A stretch of 64,000 nucleotides of DNA from Acanthaster planci (Eukaryota), in NCBI RefSeq assembly GCF_001949145.1, contig NW_019091357.1, positions 2,890,859 through 2,954,858 on the forward strand, written 5' to 3'. The position numbers and the translations under genes were made by a program. Shown here piece by piece: positions 63,411 to 64,000 of this stretch; position 1 is the stretch's first letter; each line of letters starts with the position of its first letter. Below the pieces are notes generated by a model. The model was not told where the DNA came from, searched no databases, and saw nothing but the letters and a program-made list of their open reading frames with translations.

Positions 63411-64000
63411 TTTGCCGAGGAGGCTAGGACGCGACAGAGGACAAAAAGACGACAATGGCTGTGAAGTGGCGGTTGTTGTCAGGAGTAAAGGGTTCGGTTT
63501 GTCCTTTAAGAACACAAGTCCATTGCGTCCACGTGTGTTTCTCCCCTGGGCTGGCTATCGTGCATCAACAGTGTAGTCCGGCTGTATGTAGTTCGCACAT
63601 GCGTGGGTCACTACGCAAAACTCACGCTGCACCAAAAACCCATTTACGGAGCGGACCGATTACGGACAGACACACTGCAAACAACACGTGGGTGGGATGT
63701 ATCATGGCGATGGCACACGTGCACGTTGAGTGATACCAATTACCATACTGAGCGCATGGTGGTCGTTAAGCTTTAATCCGTTTATTTTTGCTGACTTTGT
63801 GTATCATCCAGACAACACGTAAGAAATTAGTCTCTGAGGAATCGCTGGCACACCTACGCGATATCATAGACGTGGTGGTATGGAGTAAGTGCAATCACTA
63901 CAATGTATTTTGCTTTTACAGAAATAAATAGGCCTGGTCCTTGACTGAGAAAGGAAAAGACCGTGTTGTGACATGAGTGACTTTAGTAGGCCTAGGCCTA

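Overview
Eukaryotic (metazoan, probably marine invertebrate) genomic DNA with GT-AG spliced genes, so most six-frame ORFs are exon fragments or noise. I reconstructed five genes by hand with phase-consistent exons. (1) The 3' part of a LOXHD1-like PLAT-repeat gene (+, 27 exons, 10 PLAT domains, stop at 15903). (2) HADHB (-, 13 coding exons, 476 aa). (3) HADHA (+, 21 coding exons, 767 aa), head-to-head with HADHB, with start codons 444 bp apart and a DR1 nuclear-receptor element between them. (4) An intronless 668-aa piggyBac-transposase-derived gene nested antisense in the 11.3-kb first intron of HADHA. (5) AGPAT5 (-, 7 coding exons, 373 aa), convergent with HADHA. The most notable item is the nested piggyBac gene. 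Its ORF, NLS and C-terminal Cys/His finger are intact, but two of the three catalytic Asp positions appear substituted and I found no TIRs, which points to a domesticated, non-catalytic DNA-binding protein. Also present are tRNA-derived SINEs, inverted-repeat elements, a dispersed repeat and a TACATGTA-rich domain. All exon calls and homology assignments are by eye; no database search was run.
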